Shown here in pieces: positions 59,301-64,000 of a DNA stretch of 64,000 nt. The stretch covers positions 3,038,001-3,102,000 of the forward strand of contig NC_092350.1 in assembly GCF_963676685.1 (NCBI RefSeq), written 5' to 3'. A program made the translations under genes and the position numbers. Below the pieces are notes generated by a model. The model was not told the origin of the DNA and ran no database searches. It saw nothing but the letters and a program-made list of their open reading frames with translations. The stretch comes from Mytilus edulis. Taxonomy: Eukaryota. Position 1 is the stretch's first letter, and each line of letters starts with the position of its first letter.

Positions 59301-62236
59301 AGTATCGGAGAGAATGCCCTGAGTATCTAGCCACTTCCTATAACTCTACATTACACTAATCGTACTGCTCATAGACTGGTAGTATCGGAGTGTAGTCCTA
59401 GAGTATGTAGCCACTTCCTATAACTCTACATTACACTACTCATACTGCTCATAGACTGGTAGTATCGGAGAGTATCCCCATAGTATCTCGTCACTTCCTA
59501 TAACTCTACATTATACTACTCATACTGCTCATAGAATGGTAGTATCGGAGAGTATCCCCATAGTATCTCGTCACTTCCTATAACTCTACATTATACTACT
59601 CATACTGCTCATAGACTGGTAGTATCGGAGAGTAATCCCAGAGTATCTAGCCACTTCCTATAACTCTACATTATACTACTCATACTGCTCATAGACTGGT
59701 AGTATCGGAGAGTAATCCCAGAGTATCTCGTCACTTCCTATAACTCTACATTACACTACTCATACTGCTCATAGACTGGTAGTATCGGAGAGTATCCCCA
59801 TAGTATCTCGCCACTTCCTATAACTCTACATTACACTACTCATACTGCTCATAGACTGGTAGTATCGGAGAGTAATCCCAGAGTAGCTAGCCTCTTCCTT
59901 TAGCTCTACATTACGTATATACACTAATCGTACTGCTCATAGACTGGTAGTATCGGAGAGAATACCTAGGGTATCTCGCGACTTCCTTTAACTCTACATT
60001 ATACTACTCATACTGCTCATAGACTGGTAGTATCGGAGAGTAATCCCAGAGTATCTCGTCACTTCCTATAACTCTACCTTACACTACTCATACTGCTTAT
60101 AGACTGGTAGTATCGGAGAGTATCCCCATAGTATCTCGTCACTTCCTATAACTCTACATTACACTACTCATACTGCTCATAGACTGGTAGTATCGGAGAG
60201 TAATCCTAGAGTATCTAGCCACTTCCTATAACTCTACATTATACTACTCATACTGCTCATAGACTGGTAGTTTCGGAGAGTAATCCCAGAGTATCTCGTT
60301 ACTTCCTATAACTCTACATTACACTACTCATACTGCTTATAGACTGGTAGTATCGGAGAGTATCCCCATAGTATCTCGTCCATTCCTATAACTCTACATT
60401 ATACTACTCATACTGCTCATAGACTGGTAGTATCGGAAAGTATCCCCATAGTATCTCGTCACTTCCTATTACTCTACATTATACTACTCATACTGTTCAT
60501 AGACATGTAGTATCGGAGAGTATTCCCTGAGTATCTAGCCACTTTTTAGAACTCTACATTACACTACTCATACTGCTCATAGACTGGTAGTATCGGAGAG
60601 TATCCCCATAGTATCTCGTCCCTTCCTATAGCTCTACATTACGTATATACACTAATCGTACTGCTCATAGACTGGTAGTATCGGAGAGTATCCCCATAGT
60701 ATTTCGTCACTTCCTATAACTCTACATTATACTACTCATACTGCTCATAGACTGGTAGTATCGGAGAGTATCCCCATAGTATCTCGTCACTTCCTATAAC
60801 TCTACATTATACTACTCATACCACTCATAGAATGGTAGTATCGGAGAGTATCCCCATAGTATCTCGTCACTTCCTATAACTCTACATTACACTACTCATA
60901 CTGCTCATAGACTGGTAGTATCGGAGAGTATCCCCATAGTATCTCGTCACTTCCTATAACTCTACATTACACTACTCATACTGCTCATAGACTGGTAGTA
61001 TCGGAGCGTAGTCCCATAGTATCTCGTCACTTCCTATAACTCTACATTACTCTAATCGTACGGCTCATAGACTGGTAGTATCGGAAATTATCCCCATAGT
61101 ATCTCGCCACTTCCTATAGCTCTACATTACGTATATACACTAATCGTGCTGCTCATAGACTGGTAGTATCGGAAAGTATCCCCATAGTATCTCGTCACTT
61201 CCTATAACTCTACATTACACTACTCATACTGCTCATAGACTGGTAGTATCGGAAAGTATCCCCATAGTATCTCGTCACTTCCTATAACTCTACATTACAC
61301 TACTCATACTGCTCATAGACTGGTAGTATCGGAAATTATCCCCATAGTATCTCGTCACTTCCTATAACTCTACATTATACTACTCATACTGCTCATAGAC
61401 TGGTAGTATCGGAAAGTATCCCCATAGTATCTCGTCACTTCCTATAACTCTACATTATACTACTCATACTGCTCATAGACTGGTAGTATCGGAAAGTATC
61501 CCCATAGTATCTCGTCACTTCCTATAACTCTACATTATACTACTCATACTGCTCATAGACTGGTAGTATCGGAAAGTATCCCCATAGTATCTCGTCACTT
61601 CCTATAACTCTACATTACACTACTCATACTGCTCATAGACTGGTAGTATCGGAAAGTATCCCCATAGTATCTCGTCACTTCCTATAACTCTACATTATAC
61701 TACTCATACTGCTCATAGACTGGTAGTATGGGAAAGTATCCCCATAGTATCTCGTCACTTCCTATAACTCTACATTATACTACTCATACTGCTCATAGAC
61801 TGGTAGTATCGGAGAGTATCTTCATAGTATCTCGCGACTTCCTATAACTCTACATTACACTACTCATACTGCTCAAAAGACTGGTAGTATCGGAGAGTAA
61901 TCCCAGAGTATCTCGTCACTTCCTATAACTCTACATTATACTACTCATACTGCTCATAGACTGGTAGTATCGGAGAGTAATCCCAGAGTATCTAGTCACT
62001 TCCTATAACTCTACATTACACTACTCATACTGCTCATAGACTGGTAGTATCGGAAAGTATCCCCATAGTATCTTGTCACTTCCTATAACTCTACATTACT
62101 CTAATCGTACGGCTCATAGACTGGTAGTATGGGAAAGTATCCCCATAGTATCTCGCCACTTCCTATAGCTCTACATTACGTATATACACTAATCGTACTG
62201 CTCATAGACTGGTAGTATCGGAGAGTATCCCAAGAG
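56395..62236. repeat. 80-bp satellite DNA array, ~72 monomers
   Basis: Consensus about TAGACTGGTAGTATCGGAGAGTATCCCCATAGTATCTCGTCACTTCCTATAACTCTACATTACACTACTCATACTGCTCA. Period 80 (e.g. 56701 to 56781). Six 88-bp variants. Confidence 0.97.
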
Positions 62237-62240
62237 CACC

Positions 62241-62800
62241 GGTACTCCGCCAAATTCAGTATGTATGTGCCTGTCCCAAGTCAAGAGCTTGTAATCCAGT
62301 GGTTGTCGTTTGTTATATATTCGTTTTTCGTTCATTTTTTGCACATACATTTGCCGTTAATATTCTCGTTTGAATTGTTTACATTTGTCATTTCGGGTAC
62401 TTTTATAGCTGACTATGCGGTAAGGGCTTTACATATTGTTGAATGCCAAACGGAGAGCTATTATATAGTTGTTAATTTTTGTGTCATCTTGGTCTCGTCT
62501 CCACATCTTCCTTTTTATGTTTAACCCCGCCGCACTTTTGCACCTGACCCAATCTGGAGACTCTGGCCTTTGCTAGTTTTGTAGGATTTTTTTATTTTAG
62601 TTCCTTTATATGTTTTAGAGTTTAATATGACGTCCATTTACGCTGAAATAGTACATACTATTGTTGGCCAGCTGAAACCCGTCTCCGGGTGCGGGAATTT
62701 CTCGATTGTTGGATTCCCGTTAGTAGCCTTTATGGTTTGTCTGCATTTTGGTCGGGTTGTTGTCTCTTTAAAACACTCCCCACTTCCATTCCTAATTCAT
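62241..62800 (+). mobile_element. Head-to-tail family A and family B repeat copies abutting the satellite
   Basis: Family A at ~62241-62515 and family B at ~62517-62800 (ATGTTTAACCCCGCCGC...CTCCGGGTGCGGGAATTTCTCG). Confidence 0.65.
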
Positions 62801-64000
62801 GTTTCTCAGGTAAAAAAAAAGATATCAAAATTAGTATATGGTGTAGGGATTTGCAAACAAGATATAAGATGTAGGACCAAATGCAGATCACATCTGTTAC
62901 AACATCTACAATGCTTAAGATAATTGCATGCAGACCGAACCCAATTAATCCGGAATGAAATGATAGCAACTTCGAACAAATACAAAATAACTTAAGTCAA
63001 CAAATATAGGTCACCGAACTGCCTTTAATATGAGTATATGACACATTTGAAAGTGTCTTTTAAAAAAGATTATAAAGACAACAGTGCAGTTATGCATCCC
63101 ATTTAAAAGATCATAATAATGTATAGCTTGTTTGATACATGCATGAAATATGTGTTAAGTAAAACGGTTGTATGATGTTATTTGTAGCTAATTATTTCGT
63201 TATCCCACAGGAAAACTAATAGAAATAATCAAGAAATAAGAAATTGTTATCAGATATATTGAGTTATCTTACTTTGTATACAAATTATATAGTTTTTCAT
63301 ATTTTTACCAAGTATGATAATAATTTTGGACTAGAACATATGGATACAAATGATATGTTCATTTCATGTTAAAACTCAATAAACAGTTACATTGAAAAAT
63401 AAGAAGATAGGAATACCATGTTTGATATTATTTCATCATATCTTCTTTTTTTTTTGCAAGCCAGACTATAAATCAACATCGTTATATATTTTTGTTTTGT
63501 TCAGAAAAATAACATACTCTTTTTCATCATGCACAAATAAGTGCAACAGTAATATAGCGATGTTTGGAAGTCAGAAATCAATTGAGAGAAAATAAATCCG
63601 ATAACAAACCTGTGAGCATTTATTTATATAGTATTATTGTTTGAATGCACTTGACAATGTGTTTATAAATAATGTTGTAAAAAGATTTTACAGTATCATT
63701 TTCCTTATGTTATTTCAGAGTTAAGAGATTTGCCTGTACTTTTTTAAATGTGTGTCCTTTTAAAGATCTACAATTCGTTTAGTTATTTATTTTTCATTTC
63801 AAACTAGCATCGATATCATTATTAGGACATTCAGCCAGTCACCCTCAGAATGCACTTGTAGACAACGATGGTTGTATCAAAATTGTATGAAGCACAAAGC
63901 TACATGTCAAAAGTACACTAACCAATATATCCAATTGTATATGCTGTAATATTCTGTTGTATTACTTGTTTTGTGTCATCAAATATACATATGAAGAAAT

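Noticed and set aside
56395-62236. CRISPR-like repeat/spacer array
   Set aside because: The variable segments are a few point-mutant haplotypes of one sequence, not unique spacers. There are no cas genes and the context is eukaryotic.

Overview
AT-rich eukaryotic DNA with GT-AG introns and TATA promoters. The repeat landscape looks like a bivalve mollusc, most likely Mytilus-type (inference). The main feature is a tandem cluster of five two-exon genes on the minus strand. Each has a 55-nt signal-peptide exon, a phase-1 intron and a large exon 2. All five encode secreted proteins that share a six-cysteine module I cannot assign to a named family (C-x3/4-C-x8-C-x12-C-x2-C-x4-C), followed by low-complexity repeats. 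Four short paralogs (217-264 aa) carry an RGD motif and 1, 3, 5 and 5 copies of a 20-aa Gly/Asn/Arg repeat. One 702-aa member carries dibasic-flanked peptide repeats and Pro- and Gln-rich repeat blocks. The genes share a promoter module and lie in recent ~8.8-kb segmental duplications. Mobile DNA includes a full-length L1/Tx1 LINE with a 17-bp TSD next to the gene 4 promoter, several truncated Naiad-type Penelope-like retroelements whose 3' tails show covarying RNA structures, three type I hammerhead ribozymes, a TTAA-flanked TIR element with an orphan ORF, several MITEs, a Helentron-type element, a 23-bp minisatellite and a 5.8-kb array of an 80-bp satellite. All calls were made by eye, without database searches.
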